Made by a program: the position numbers and the translations under genes. From positions 28,520,001 to 28,584,000 of the forward strand of contig OZ024740.1 of NCBI GenBank assembly GCA_964016885.1: a stretch of 64,000 nucleotides of DNA. The letters run 5' to 3'. Under the pieces are notes generated by a model. That model saw only the letters and a program-made list of their open reading frames with translations, did not search any database and was not told the DNA's origin. This document shows positions 1 to 16,339 of the stretch, one piece after another (the stretch's first letter is position 1; each line of letters begins with the position of its first letter). Origin of the DNA: Eledone cirrhosa. Lineage: Eukaryota.

Positions 1-2399
1 GTATATGTGATTTTCCTGAGTATATATGATTTTCCTGAGTATATGTGATTTTCCTGAGTATATGTGATTTCCCTGAATATATGTGATTTTCCAGAGTATA
101 TGTGATTTTTCTGTGTATATATGATTTTCTTGAGTATATGTGATTTTCCTGAGTATATGTGATTTCCCTGAGTATATGTGATTTTCCTCAGTATATGTGA
201 TTTTCCTGACAATATGTGATTTTCCTGAGTATATGTGATTTTCCTGAGTATATGTGATTTTCTTGAGTATATGTGATTTTCCTGAGTATATGTGATTTCC
301 CTGAGTATATGTGATTTTCCTGACTATTTGTGATTTTCCTGACTATGTGATTTTCTTGACTATATGTGATTTTCCTGAGTATATGTGATTTTCCTGACTA
401 TATGTGATTTTCCTGAGTATATAAAATTTCCCTGAGTATATGTGATTTTCCTGAGTATATGTGATTTTCCTGACTATTTGTGATTTTCCTGAGTATATGT
501 GATTTCCCTGACTATATGTGATTTCCCGGAGTATATGTGATTTTCATGAGTATATGTGATTTTCCTGAGTATATGTGATCTTCCTGAGTATATGTGATTT
601 TCCTGAGTATATGTGATTTTCCTGAGTATATGTGATCTTCCTGAGTATATGTGATTTTCCTGAGTATATGTGATTTCCCTGAGTATATGTGATATTCCTG
701 AGTATATGTGATTTTCCTGACTATATGTGATTTTCCTGAGTATATGTGATTTTCCTGACTATATGTGATTTTCCTGAGTATATGTGATTTTCCTGACTAT
801 ATGTGATTTTCCTGACAATATGTGATTTTCCTGAGTATGTGTGATTTCCCTGAGTATATGTGATTTTCATGAGTATATGTGATATTCCTGAGTATATGTG
901 ATTTTCCTGACTATATGTGATTTTCCTGAGTATATGTGATCTTCCTGAGTATATGTGATTTTCCTGAGTATATGCGATTTTCCTGAGTATATGTGATTTT
1001 CATGAGTATATGTGATTTATTTGAGTATATGTGATTTCTCTGACTATATGTGATTTTCCTGAGTATATGTGATTTCCCTGAGTATATGTGATTTCCCTGA
1101 GTATATGTTATTTTCCTGAGTATTTGATTTTCCTGACTATTTGTGATTTTCCTGACTATATGTGATTTTCCTGAGTATATGTGATCTTCCTGAGTATATG
1201 TGATTTTCCTGAGTATATGCGATATTCCTGAGTATATGTGATTTTCCTGACTATATGTGATCTTTCTGAGTATATGTGATTTCCCTGAGTATATGTGATT
1301 TTGCTGACTATTTGTGATTTTCCTGAGTATATGTGATTTTCCTGACTATATGTGATTTTCCTGAGTATATGTGATCTTCCTGAGTATATATGATTTTCCT
1401 GAGTATAGGCGATTTTCCTGAGTATATGTGATTTTGCTGACTATATGTGATCTTCCTCAGTACATGTGATTTCCCGCAATATATGTGATTTTCCTGTGTG
1501 TATGTGATTTTCCTGAGTATATGTGATCTCCCTGAATATATGTGATTTTCCTGAGTATATGTGATTTTCCTGTGTATATATGATTTTCCTAAGTATATGT
1601 GATTTTCCTGAGTATTTGTGATTTCCCTGAGTATATGTGATTTTCCTGAGTATATGTGATTTTCCTGAGTATATGTGATTTCCATGACTATATGTGATTT
1701 CCCTGACGATATGTGATTTTCCTGAGTATATGTGATTTTCCTGACTATATGTGATTGTCCTGAGTATATGTGATCTTCCTGAGTATATATGATTTTCCTG
1801 AGTATAGCCGATTTTCCTGAGTATATGTGATTTTGCTGACTATATGTGATCTTCCTCAGTACATGTGATTTCCCGCAATATATGTGATTTTCCTGAGTGT
1901 ATGTGATTTTCCTGAGTATATGTGATCTCCCTGAATATATGTGATTTTCCTGAGTATATGTGATTTTCCTGTGTATATATGATTTTCCTAAGTATATGTG
2001 ATTTTCCTGAGTATAGGCGATTTTCCTGAGTATATGTGATTTTTCTGACTATATGTGATCTTCCTGAGTATATGTGATTTCCCTGAGTATATGTGATTTT
2101 CCTGGGTATATATGATTTTCCTGAGTATATGTGATTTTCCTGAGTATATGTGATTTCCCTGAATATATGTGATTTTCCAGAGTATATGTGATTTCCCTGA
2201 GTATATGTGATTTTCCTGAGTATATGTGATTTTCCTGAGTATATGTGATTTCCCTGACGATATGTGATTTTCATAACTATATGAGATTTTCCTGACTATA
2301 TGAGATTTTCCTGAGTATATGTGATTTTCCTGACTATATGTAATTTTCCTGAGTATATGTGATTTACCTGACTAGAAGTGATTTTTCTGAGTATATGTG

Positions 2400-5300
2400 A
2401 TTTCCCTGACTATATGTGATTTTCCTGAATATATGTGATTTTCTTGACAATATGTGATTTTCCTGAGTATATGTGATTTTCCTAAGTATATGTGATTTCC
2501 CTGAGTATATGTGATTTTCCTGGCTATATGTGATTTTCCTGAGTATATGTGATTTTCCTGCGTATATGTGATTTTCCTGAGTATATGTGATTTTCCTGAG
2601 TATATGTGATTTCCCTGAGTATATATGATTTAACTGAGTATATGTGATTTTCCTGAGTATATGTGATTTCTTTGAGTATATGTGATTTCTCTGACTATAT
2701 GTGATGTTCCTGAGTATATGTGACCTTCCTGAGTATATGTGATTTTCCTGAGTATAGGCGATTTTCCTGAGTATATGTGATTTTTCTGACTATATGTGAT
2801 CTTCCTGAGTATATGTGATTTCCCTGAGTATATGTGATTTTCCTGAGTATATATGATTTTCCTGAGTATATGTCATTTTCCTGAGTATATGTGATTTCCC
2901 TGAATATATGTGATTTTCCAGAGTATATGTGATTTTTCTGTGTATATATGATTTTCCTGAGTATATGTGATTTTCCTGAGTATATGTGATTTCCCTGAGT
3001 ATATGTGATTTTCCTCAGTATATGTGATTTTCCTGACAATATGTGATTTTCCTGAGTATATGTGATTTTCTTGAGTATATGTGATTTTCCTGAGTATATG
3101 TGATTTCCCTGAGTATATGAGAATTTCCTGACTATTTGTGATTTTCCTGACTATGTGATTTTCTTGACTATATGTGATTTTCCTGAGTATATGTGATTTT
3201 CCTGACTATATGTGATTTTCCTGAGTATATGTGATTTCCCTGAGTATATGTGATTTTCCTGAGTATATGTGATTTTCCTGACTATATGTGATTTTCCTGA
3301 GTATATGAGATTTCCCTGACTATATGTGATTTCCCGGAGTATATGTGATTTTCATGAGTATATGTGATTTTCCTGAGTATATGTGATCTTCCTGAGTATA
3401 TGTGATTTTCCTGAGTATATGTGATTTTCCTGAATATATGTGATCTTTCTGAGTATTTGTGATTTCCCTGAGTATATGTGATTTTGCTGACTATTTGTGA
3501 TTTTCCTGAGTATATGTGATTTTCCTGACTATATGTGATTTTCCTGAGTATATGTGATCTTCCTGAGTATATGTGATTTTCCTGAGTATAGGCGATTTTC
3601 CTGAGTATATGTGATTTTGCTGAGTATATGTGATCTTCCTCAGTACATGTGATTTCCCGCAATATATGTGATTTTCCTAACTATATGTGATTTTCCTGAG
3701 TATATGTGATCTCCCTGAATATATGTGATTTTCCTGAGTATATGTGATTTTCCTGTGTATATATGATTTTCCTAAATATATGTGATTTTCCTGAGTATAT
3801 GTGATTTCCCTGAGTATATGTGATTTTCCTGAGTATATGTGATTTTCCTGAGTATATGTGATTTCCCTGACTATATGTGATTTCCCTGACGATATGTGAT
3901 TTTCCTAACTATATGTGATTTTCCTGACTATATGAGATTTTCATGAGTATATGTGATTTTCCTGACTATATGTGATCTTCCTCAGTATATGTGATTTCCC
4001 GCAATATATGTGATTTTCCTGAGTATATGTGATTTACCTGAGTATATGTGATTTTCCTGAGTATATGTGATTTTCCTGAGTATATGTGATTTCCCTGACT
4101 ATATGTGATTTTCCTGAATATATGTGATTTTCTTGACAATATGTGATTTTCCTGAGTATATGTGATTTCCCTGAGTATATGTGATTTTCCTGGCTATATG
4201 TGATTTTCCTGAGTATATGTGATTTCCCTGAGTATATATGATTTAACTGAGTATATGTGATTTTCCTGAGTATATGTGATTTCTTTGAGTATATGTGATT
4301 TCCCTGACTATATGTGATGTTCCTGAGTATATGTGATCTTCCTGAGTATATGTGATTTTCCTGAGTATAGGCGATTTTCCTGAGTATATGTGATTTTTCT
4401 GACTATATGTGATATTCCTGAGTATATGTGATTTCCCTGAGTATATGTGATTTTCCTGAGTATATATGATTTTCCTGAGTATATGTGATTTTCCTGAGTA
4501 TATGTGATTTCCCTGACTATATGTGATTTTCCTGAATATATGTGATTTTCTTGACAATATGTGATGTTCCTGAGTATATGTGATTTTCCTGAGTATATGT
4601 GATTTCCCTGAGTATATGTGATTTTCCTGGCTATATGTGATTTTCCTGAGTATATGTGATTTTCCTGCGTATATGTGATTTTCCTGAGTATATGTGATTT
4701 TCCTGAGTATATGTGATTTCCCTGAGTATATATGATTTAACTGAGTATATGTGATTTTCCTGAGTATATGTGATTTCTTTGAGTATATGTGATTTCCCTG
4801 ACTATATGTGATGTTCCTGAGTATATGTGACCTTCCTGAGTATATGTGATTTTCCTGAGTATAGGCGATTTTCCTGAGTATATGTGATTTTTCTGACTAT
4901 ATGTGATCTTCCTGAGTATATGTGATTTCCCTGAGTATATGTGATTTTCCTGAGTATATATGATTTTCCTGAGTATATGTCATTTTCCTGAGTATATGTG
5001 ATTTCCCTGAATATATGTGATTTTCCAGAGTATATGTGATTTTTCTGTGTATATATGATTTTCCTGAGTATATGTCATTTTCCTGAGTATATGTGATTTC
5101 CCTGAATATATGTGATTTTCCAGAGTATATGTGATTTTTCTGTGTATATATGATTTTCCTGAGTATATGTGATTTTCCTGAGTATATGTGATTTCCCTGA
5201 GTATATGTGATTTTCCTCAGTATATGTGATTTTCCTGACAATATGTGATTTTCCTGAGTATATGTGATTTTCTTGAGTATATGTGATTTTCCTGAGTATA

Positions 5301-8300
5301 TGTGATTTCCCTGAGTATATGAGAATTTCCTGACTATTTGTGATTTTCCTGACTATGTGATTTTCTTGACTATATGTGATTTTCCTGAGTATATGTGATT
5401 TTCCTGACTATATGTGATTTTCCTGAGTATATGTGATTTCCCTGAGTATATGTGATTTTCCTGAGTATATGTGATTTTCCTGACTATATGTGATTTTCCT
5501 GAGTATATGTGATTTCCCTGACTATATGTGATTTCCCGGAGTATATGTGATTTTCATGAGTATATGTGATTTTCCTGAGTATATGTGATCTTCCTGAGTA
5601 TATGTGATTTTCCTGAGTATATGTGATTTTCCTGAATATATGTGATCTTTCTGAGTATTTGTGATTTCCCTGAGTATATGTGATTTTGCTGACTATTTGT
5701 GATTTTCCTGAGTATATGTGATTTTCCTGACTATATGTGATTTTCCTGAGTATATGTGATCTTCCTGAGTATATGTGATTTTCCTGAGTATAGGCGATTT
5801 TCCTGAGTATATGTGATTTTGCTGAGTATATGTGATCTTCCTCAGTACATGTGATTTCCCGCAATATATGTGATTTTCCTGAGTGTATGTGATTTTCCTG
5901 AGTATATGTGATCTCCCTGAATATATGTGATTTTCCTGAGTATATGTGATTTTCCTGTGTATATATGATTTTCCTAAGTATATGTGATTTTCCTGAGTAT
6001 ATGTGATTTCCCTGAGTATATGTGATTTTCCTGAGTATATGTGATTTTCCTGAGTATATGTGATTTCCCTGACTATATGTGATTTCCCTGACGATATGTG
6101 ATTTTCCTAACTATATGTGATTTTCCTGACTATATGAGATTTTCCTGAGTATATGTGATTTTCCTGACTATATGTGATCTTCCTCAGTATATGTGATTTC
6201 CCGCAATATATGTGATTTTCCTGAGTATATGTGATTTACCTGAGTATATGTGATTTTCCTGAGTATATGTGATTTTCCTGAGTATATGTGATTTCCCTGA
6301 CTATATGTGATTTTCCTGAATATATGTGATTTTCTTGACAATATGTGATTTTCCTGAGTATATGTGATTTCCCTGAGTATATGTGATTTTCCTGGCTATA
6401 TGTGATTTTCCTGAGTATATGTGATTTCCCTGAGTATATATGATTTAACTGAGTATATGTGATTTTCCTGAGTATATGTGATTTCTTTGAGTATATGTGA
6501 TTTCCCTGACTATATGTGATGTTCCTGAGTATATGTGATCTTCCTGAGTATATGTGATTTTCCTGAGTATAGGCGATTTTCCTGAGTATATGTGATTTTT
6601 CTGACTATATGTGATATTCCTGAGTATATGTGATTTCCCTGAGTATATGTGATTTTCCTGAGTATATATGATTTTCCTGAGTATATGTGATTTTCCTGAG
6701 TATATGTGATTTCCCTGACTATATGTGATTTTCCTGAATATATGTGATTTTCTTGACAATATGTGATGTTCCTGAGTATATGTGATTTTCCTGAGTATAT
6801 GTGATTTCCCTGAGTATATGTGATTTTCCTGGCTATATGTGATTTTCCTGAGTATATGTGATTTTCCTGCGTATATGTGATTTTCCTGAGTATATGTGAT
6901 TTTCCTGAGTATATGTGATTTCCCTGAGTATATATGATTTAACTGAGTATATGTGATTTTCCTGAGTATATGTGATTTCTTTGAGTATATGTGATTTCCC
7001 TGACTATATGTGATGTTCCTGAGTATATGTGACCTTCCTGAGTATATGTGATTTTCCTGAGTATAGGCGATTTTCCTGAGTATATGTGATTTTTCTGACT
7101 ATATGTGATCTTCCTGAGTATATGTGATTTCCCTGAGTATATGTGATTTTCCTGAGTATATATGATTTTCCTGAGTATATGTCATTTTCCTGAGTATATG
7201 TGATTTCCCTGAATATATGTGATTTTCCAGAGTATATGTGATTTTTCTGTGTATATATGATTTTCCTGAGTATATGTGATTTTCCTGAGTATATGTGATT
7301 TCCCTGAGTATATGTGATTTTCCTCAGTATATGTGATTTTCCTGACAATATGTGATTTTCCTGAGTATATGTGATTTTCCTGAGTATATGTGATTTTCCT
7401 GAGTATATGTGATTTTCTTGAGTATATGTGATTTTCCTGGGTATATGTGATTTCCCTGAGTATATGAGAATTTCCTGACTATTTGTGATTTTCCTGACTA
7501 TGTGATTTTCTTGACTATATGTGATTTTCCTGAGTATATGTGATTTTCCTGACTATATGTGATTTTCCTGAGTATATGTGATTTCCCTGAGTATATGTGA
7601 TTTTCCTGAGTATATGTGATTTTCCTGACTATATGTGATTTTCCTGAGTATATGTGATTTCCCTGACTATATGTGATTTCCCGGAGTATATGTGATTTTC
7701 ATGAGTATATGTGATTTTCCTGAGTATATGTGATCTTCCTGAGTATATGTGATTTTCCTGAGTATATGTGATTTTCCTGAATATATGTGATCTTTCTGAG
7801 TATATGTGATTTCCCTGAGTATATGTGATTTTGCTGACTATTTGTGATTTTCCTGAGTATATGTGATTTTCCTGAGTATATGTGATCTTCCTGAGTATAT
7901 GTGATTTTCCTGAGTATAGGCGATTTTCCTGAGTATATGTGATTTTGCTGAGTATATGTGATCTTCCTCAGTACATGTGATTTCCCGCAATATATGTGAT
8001 TTTCCTGAGTGTATGTGATTTTCCTGAGTATATGTGATCTCCCTGAATATATGTGATTTTCCTGAGTATATGTGATTTTCCTGTGTATATATGATTTTCC
8101 TAAGTATATGTGATTTTCCTGAGTATATGTGATTTCCCTGAGTATATGTGATTTTCCTGAGTATATGTGATTTTCCTGAGTATATGTGATTTCCCTGACG
8201 ATATGTGATTTCCCTGACGATATGTGATTTTCCTAACTATATGTGATTTTCCTGACTATATGAGATTTTCCTGAGTATATGTGATTTTCCTGACTATATG

Positions 8301-11300
8301 TGATCTTCCTCAGTATATGTGATTTCCCGCAATATATCTGATTTTCCTGAGTATATGTGATTTACCTGAGTATATGTGATTTTCCTGAGTATATGTGATT
8401 TTCCTGAGTATATGTGATTTCCCTGACTATATGTGATTTTCCTGAATATATGTGATTTTCTTGACAATATGTGATTTTCCTGAGTATATGTGATTTCCCT
8501 GAGTATATGTGATTTTCCTGGCTATATGTGATTTTCCTGAGTATATGTGATTTCCCTGAGTATATATGATTTAACTGAGTATATGTGATTTTCCTGAGTA
8601 TATGTGATTTCTTTGAGTATATGTGATTTCCCTGACTATATGTGATGTTCCTGAGTATATGTGATCTTCCTGAGTATATGTGATTTTCCTGAGTATAGGC
8701 GATTTTCCTGAGTATATGTGATTTTTCTGACTATATGTGATATTCCTGAGTATATGTGATTTCCCTGAGTATATGTGATTTTCCTGAGTATATATGATTT
8801 TCCTGAGTATATGTGATTTTCCTGAGTATATGTGATTTCCCTGACTATATGTGATTTTCCTGAATATATGTGATTTTCTTGACAATATGTGATTTTCCTG
8901 AGTATATGTGATTTTCCTGAGTATATGTGATTTCCCTGAGTATATGTGATTTTCCTGGCTATATGTGATTTTCCTGAGTATATGTGATTTTCCTGCGTAT
9001 ATGTGATTTTCCTGAGTATATGTGATTTTCCTGAGTATATGTGATTTCCCTGAGTATATATGATTTAACTGAGTATATGTGATTTTCCTGAGTATATGTG
9101 ATTTCTTTGAGTATATGTGATTTCCCTGACTATATGTGATGTTCCTGAGTATATGTGACCTTCCTGAGTATATGTGATTTTCCTGAGTATAGGCGATTCT
9201 CCTGAGTATATGTGATTTTTCTGACTATATGTGATCTTCCTAAGTATATGTGATTTCCCTGAGTATATGTGATTTTCCTGAGTATATATGATTTTCCTGA
9301 GTATATGTCATTTTCCTGAGTATATGTGATTTCCCTGAATATATGTGATTTTCCAGAGTATATGTGATTTTTCTGTGTATATAGGATTTTCCTGAGTATA
9401 TGTGATTTTCCTGAGTATATGTGATTTCCCTGAGTATATGTGATTTTCCTCTGTATATGTGATTTTCCTGACAATATGTGATTTTCCTGAGTATATGTGA
9501 TTTTCCTGAGTATATGTGATTTTCCTGAGTATATGTGATTTTCTTGAGTATATGTGATTTTCCTGAGTATATGTGATTTCCCTGAGTATATGAGAATTTC
9601 CTGACTATTTGTGATTTTCCTGACTATGTGATTTTCTTGACTATATGTGATTTTCCTGAGTATATGTGATTTTCCTGACTATATGTGATTTTCCTGAGTA
9701 TATAAAATTTCCCTGAGTATATGTGATTTTCCTGAGTATATGTGATTTTCCTGACTATATGTGATTTTCCTGAGTATATGTGATTTCCCTGACTATATGT
9801 GATTTCCCGGAGTATATGTGATTTTCATGAGTATATGTGATTTTCCTGAGTATATGTGATCTTCCTGAGTATATGTGATTTTCCTGAGTATATGTGATTT
9901 TCCTGAATATATGTGATCTTTCTGAGTATATGTGATTTCCCTGAGTATATGTGATTTTGCTGACTATTTGTGATTTTCCTGAGTATATGTGATTTTCCTG
10001 ACAAAATGTGATTTTCCTGAGTATATGTGATCTTCCTGAGTATATGTGATTTTCCTGAGTATAGGCGATTTTCCTGAGTATATGTGATTTTGCTGAGTAT
10101 ATGTGATCTTCCTCAGTACATGTGATTTCCCGCAATATATGTGATTTTCCTGAGTGTATGTGATTTTCCTCAGTATATGTGATCTCCCTGAATATATGTG
10201 ATTTTCCTGAGTATATGTGATTTTCCTGTGTATATATGATTTTCCTAAGTATATGTGATTTTCCTGAGTATATGTGATTTCCCTGAGTATATGTGATTTT
10301 CCTGAGTATATGTGATTTTCCTGAGTATATGTGATTTCCCTGACTATATGTGATTTCCCTGACGATATGTGATTTTCCTAACTATATGTGATTTTCCTGA
10401 CTATATGAGATTTTCCTGAGTATATGTGATTTTCCTGACTATATGTGATCTTCCTCAGTATATGTGATTTCCCGCAATATATGTGATTTTCCTGAGTATA
10501 TGTGATTTACCTGAGTATATGTGATTTTCCTGAGTATATGTGATTTTCCTGAGTATATGTGATTTCCCTGACTATATGTGATTTTCCTGAATATATGTGA
10601 TTTTCTTGACAATATGTGATTTTCCTGAGTATATGTGATTTCCCTGAGTATATGTGATTTTCCTGGCTATATGTGATTTTCCTGAGTATATGTGATTTCC
10701 CTGAGTATATATGATTTAACTGAGTATATGTGATTTTCCTGAGTATATGTGATTTCTTTGAGTATATGTGATTTCCCTAACTATATGTGATGTTCCTCAG
10801 TATATGTGATCTTCCTGAGTATATGTGATTTTTCTGAGTATAGGCGATTTTCCTGAGTATATGTGATTTTTCTGACTATATGTGATATTCCTGAGTATAT
10901 GTGATTTCCCTGAGTATATGTGATTTTCCTGAGTATATATGATTTTCCTGAGTATATGTGATTTTCCTGAGTATATGTGATTTCCCTGAATATATGTGAT
11001 TTTCCAGAGTATATGTGATTTTCCTGAGTATATGTGATTTCCCTGAGTATATGTGATTTTCCTGAGTATATGTGATTTTCCTGCGTATATGTGATTTTCC
11101 TGAGTATATGTGATTTTCCTGAGTATATGTGATTTCCCTGAGTATATATGATTTAACTGAGTATATGTGATTTTCCTGAGTATATGTGATTTCTTTGAGT
11201 ATATGTGATTTCCCTGACTATATGTGATGTTCCTGAGTATATGTGACCTTCCTGAGTATATGTGATTTTCCTGAGTATAGGCGATTTTCCTGAGTATATG

Positions 11301-14300
11301 TGATTTTTCTGACTATATGTGATCTTCCTGAGTATATGTGATTTCCCTGAGTATATGTGATTTTCCTGAGTATATATGATTTTCCTGAGTATATGTCATT
11401 TTCCTGAGTATATGTGATTTCCCTGAATATATGTGATTTTCCAGAGTATATGTGATTTTTCTGTGTATATATGATTTTCCTGAGTATATGTGATTTTCCT
11501 GAGTATATGTGATTTCCCTGAGTATATGTGATTTTCCTCAGTATATGTGATTTTCCTGACAATATGTGATTTTCCTGAGTATATGTGATTTTCCTGAGTA
11601 TATGTGATTTTCCTGAGTATATGTGATTTTCTTGAGTATATGTGATTTTCCTGGGTATATGTGATTTCCCTGAGTATATGAGAATTTCCTGACTATTTGT
11701 GATTTTCCTGACTATGTGATTTTCTTGACTATATGTGATTTTCCTGAGTATATGTGATTTTCCTGACTATATGTGATTTTCCTGAGTATATGTGATTTCC
11801 CTGAGTATATGTGATTTTCCTGAGTATATGTGATTTTCCTGACTATATGTGATTTTCCTGAGTATATGTGATTTCCCTGACTATATGTGATTTCCCGGAG
11901 TATATGTGATTTTCATGAGTATATGTGATTTTCCTGAGTATATGTGATCTTCCTGAGTATATGTGATTTTCCTGAGTATATGTGATTTTCCTGAATATAT
12001 GTGATCTTTCTGAGTATATGTGATTTCCCTGAGTATATGTGATTTTGCTGACTATTTGTGATTTTCCTGAGTATATGTGATTTTCCTGACTATATGTGAT
12101 TTTCCTGAGTATATGTGATCTTCCTGAGTATATGTGATTTTCCTGAGTATAGGCGATTTTCCTGAGTATATGTGATTTTGCTGAGTATATGTGATCTTCC
12201 TCAGTACATGTGATTTCCCGCAATATATGTGATTTTCCTGAGTGTATGTGATTTTCCTGAGTATATGTGATCTCCCTGAATATATGTGATTTTCCTGAGT
12301 ATATGTGATTTTCCTGTGTATATATGATTTTCCTAAGTATATGTGATTTTCCTGAGTATATGTGATTTCCCTGAGTATATGTGATTTTCCTGAGTATATG
12401 TGATTTTCCTGAGTATATGTGATTTCCCTGACGATATGTGATTTCCCTGACGATATGTGATTTTCCTAACTATATGTGATTTTCCTGACTATATGAGATT
12501 TTCCTGAGTATATGTGATTTTCCTGACTATATGTGATCTTCCTCAGTATATGTGATTTCCCGCAATATATCTGATTTTCCTGAGTATATGTGATTTACCT
12601 GAGTATATGTGATTTTCCTGAGTATATGTGATTTTCCTGAGTATATGTGATTTCCCTGACTATATGTGATTTTCCTGAATATATGTGATTTTCTTGACAA
12701 TATGTGATTTTCCTGAGTATATGTGATTTCCCTGAGTATATGTGATTTTCCTGGCTATATGTGATTTTCCTGAGTATATGTGATTTCCCTGAGTATATAT
12801 GATTTAACTGAGTATATGTGATTTTCCTGAGTATATGTGATTTCTTTGAGTATATGTGATTTCACTGACTATATGTGATGTTCCTGAGTATATGTGATCT
12901 TCCTGAGTATATGTGATTTTCCTGAGTATAGGCGATTTTCCTGAGTATATGTGATTTTTCTGACTATATGTGATATTCCTGAGTATATGTGATTTCCCTG
13001 AGTATATGTGATTTTCCTGAGTATATATGATTTTCCTGAGTATATGTGATTTTCCTGAGTATATGTGATTTCCCTGACTATATGTGATTTTCCTGAATAT
13101 ATGTGATTTTCTTGACAATATGTGATTTTCCTGAGTATATGTGATTTTCCTGAGTATATGTGATTTCCCTGAGTATATGTGATTTTCCTGGCTATATGTG
13201 ATTTTCCTGAGTATATGTGATTTTCCTGCGTATATGTGATTTTCCTGAGTATATGTGATTTTCCTGAGTATATGTGATTTCCCTGAGTATATATGATTTA
13301 ACTGAGTATATGTGATTTTCCTGAGTATATGTGATTTCTTTGAGTATATGTGATTTCCCTGACTATATGTGATGTTCCTGAGTATATGTGACCTTCCTGA
13401 GTATATGTGATTTTCCTGAGTATAGGCGATTCTCCTGAGTATATGTGATTTTTCTGACTATATGTGATCTTCCTAAGTATATGTGATTTCCCTGAGTATA
13501 TGTGATTTTCCTGAGTATATATGATTTTCCTGAGTATATGTCATTTTCCTGAGTATATGTGATTTCCCTGAATATATGTGATTTTCCAGAGTATATGTGA
13601 TTTTTCTGTGTATATAGGATTTTCCTGAGTATATGTGATTTTCCTGAGTATATGTGATTTCCCTGAGTATATGTGATTTTCCTCTGTATATGTGATTTTC
13701 CTGACAATATGTGATTTTCCTGAGTATATGTGATTTTCCTGAGTATATGTGATTTTCCTGAGTATATGTGATTTTCTTGAGTATATGTGATTTTCCTGAG
13801 TATATGTGATTTCCCTGAGTATATGAGAATTTCCTGACTATTTGTGATTTTCCTGACTATGTGATTTTCTTGACTATATGTGATTTTCCTGAGTATATGT
13901 GATTTTCCTGACTATATGTGATTTTCCTGAGTATATAAAATTTCCCTGAGTATATGTGATTTTCCTGAGTATATGTGATTTTCCTGACTATATGTGATTT
14001 TCCTGAGTATATGTGATTTCCCTGACTATATGTGATTTCCCGGAGTATATGTGATTTTCATGAGTATATGTGATTTTCCTGAGTATATGTGATCTTCCTG
14101 AGTATATGTGATTTTCCTGAGTATATGTGATTTTCCTGAATATATGTGATCTTTCTGAGTATATGTGATTTCCCTGAGTATATGTGATTTTGCTGACTAT
14201 TTGTGATTTTCCTGAGTATATGTGATTTTCCTGACAAAATGTGATTTTCCTGAGTATATGTGATCTTCCTGAGTATATGTGATTTTCCTGAGTATAGGCG

Positions 14301-15300
14301 ATTTTCCTGAGTATATGTGATTTTGCTGAGTATATGTGATCTTCCTCAGTACATGTGATTTCCCGCAATATATGTGATTTTCCTGAGTGTATGTGATTTT
14401 CCTCAGTATATGTGATCTCCCTGAATATATGTGATTTTCCTGAGTATATGTGATTTTCCTGTGTATATATGATTTTCCTAAGTATATGTGATTTTCCTGA
14501 GTATATGTGATTTCCCTGAGTATATGTGATTTTCCTGAGTATATGTGATTTTCCTGAGTATATGTGATTTCCCTGACTATATGTGATTTCCCTGACGATA
14601 TGTGATTTTCCTAACTATATGTGATTTTCCTGACTATATGAGATTTTCCTGAGTATATGTGATTTTCCTGACTATATGTGATCTTCCTCAGTATATGTGA
14701 TTTCCCGCAATATATGTGATTTTCCTGAGTATATGTGATTTACCTGAGTATATGTGATTTTCCTGAGTATATGTGATTTTCCTGAGTATATGTGATTTCC
14801 CTGACTATATGTGATTTTCCTGAATATATGTGATTTTCTTGACAATATGTGATTTTCCTGAGTATATGTGATTTCCCTGAGTATATGTGATTTTCCTGGC
14901 TATATGTGATTTTCCTGAGTATATGTGATTTCCCTGAGTATATATGATTTAACTGAGTATATGTGATTTTCCTGAGTATATGTGATTTCTTTGAGTATAT
15001 GTGATTTCCCTAACTATATGTGATGTTCCTCAGTATATGTGATCTTCCTGAGTATATGTGATTTTTCTGAGTATAGGCGATTTTCCTGAGTATATGTGAT
15101 TTTTCTGACTATATGTGATATTCCTGAGTATATGTGATTTCCCTGAGTATATGTGATTTTCCTGAGTATATATGATTTTCCTGAGTATATGTGATTTTCC
15201 TGAGTATATGTGATTTCCCTGAATATATGTGATTTTCCAGAGTATATGTGATTTTCCTGAGTATATGTGATTTCCCTGAGTATATGTGATTTTCCTGAGT
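2400..15300 (+). repeat. Higher-order repeat of the 19-mer, about 2.1-2.2 kb (110-116 monomers), about 6 copies; boundaries approximate
   Basis: Marker GAGAATTTCC recurs at 3119, 5321, 7466, 9592, 11680 and 13825. Spacings of 2202, 2145, 2126, 2088 and 2145 all equal 19n-2, matching one 17-bp monomer per unit. Confidence 0.9.
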
Positions 15301-16339
15301 ATATGTGATTTTCCTGAGTATATGTGATTTCCCTGACTATATGTGATTTCCCTGACGATATGTGATTTTCCTAACTATATGTGATTTTCCTGACTATATG
15401 AGATTTTACTGAGTATATGTGATTTTCCTGACTATATGTAATTTTCCTGAGTATATGTGATTTACCTGACTAGAAGTGATTTTTCTGAGTATATGTGATT
15501 TCCCTGACTATATGTGATTTTCCTGAATATATGTGATTTTCTTGACAATATGTGATTTTCCTGAGTATATGTGATTTTCCTGAGTATATGTGATTTCCCT
15601 GAGTATATGTGATTTTCCTGGCTATATGTGATTTTCCTGAGTATATGTGATTTTCCTGCGTATATGTGATTTTCATGAGTATATGTGATTTTCCTGAGTA
15701 TATGTGATTTCCCTGAGTATATATGATTTAACTGAGTATATGTGATTTTCCTGAGTATATGTGATTTCTTTGAGTATATGTGATTTCCCTGACTATATGT
15801 GATGTTCCTGAGTATATGTGATTTTCCTGAGTATATGTGATTTCTTTGAGTATATGTGATTTCCCTGACTATATGTGATGTTCCTGAGTATATGTGATCT
15901 TCCTGAGTATATGTGATTTTTCTGACTATATGTGATCTTCCTGAGTATATGTGATTTCCCTGAGTATATGTGATTTTCCTGAGTATATATGATTTCCTGA
16001 GTATATGTGATTTTCCTGAGTATATGTGATTTCCCTGAATATATGTGATTTTCCAGAGTATATGTGATTTTTCTGTGTATATATGATGTTCCTGAGTATA
16101 TGTGATTTTCCTCAGTATATGTGATTTCCCTGAGTATATGTGATTTTCCTCAGTATATGTGATTTTCCTGACAATATGTCATTTTCCTGAGTATATGTGA
16201 TTTTCCTGAGTATATGTGATTTTCCTCAGTATATGTGATTTTCTTGAGTATATGTGATTTTCCTGAGTATATGTGATTTCCCTGAGTATATGTGATTTGC
16301 CTGATAATTTGTGATTTTCCTGACTATGTGATTTTCTTG

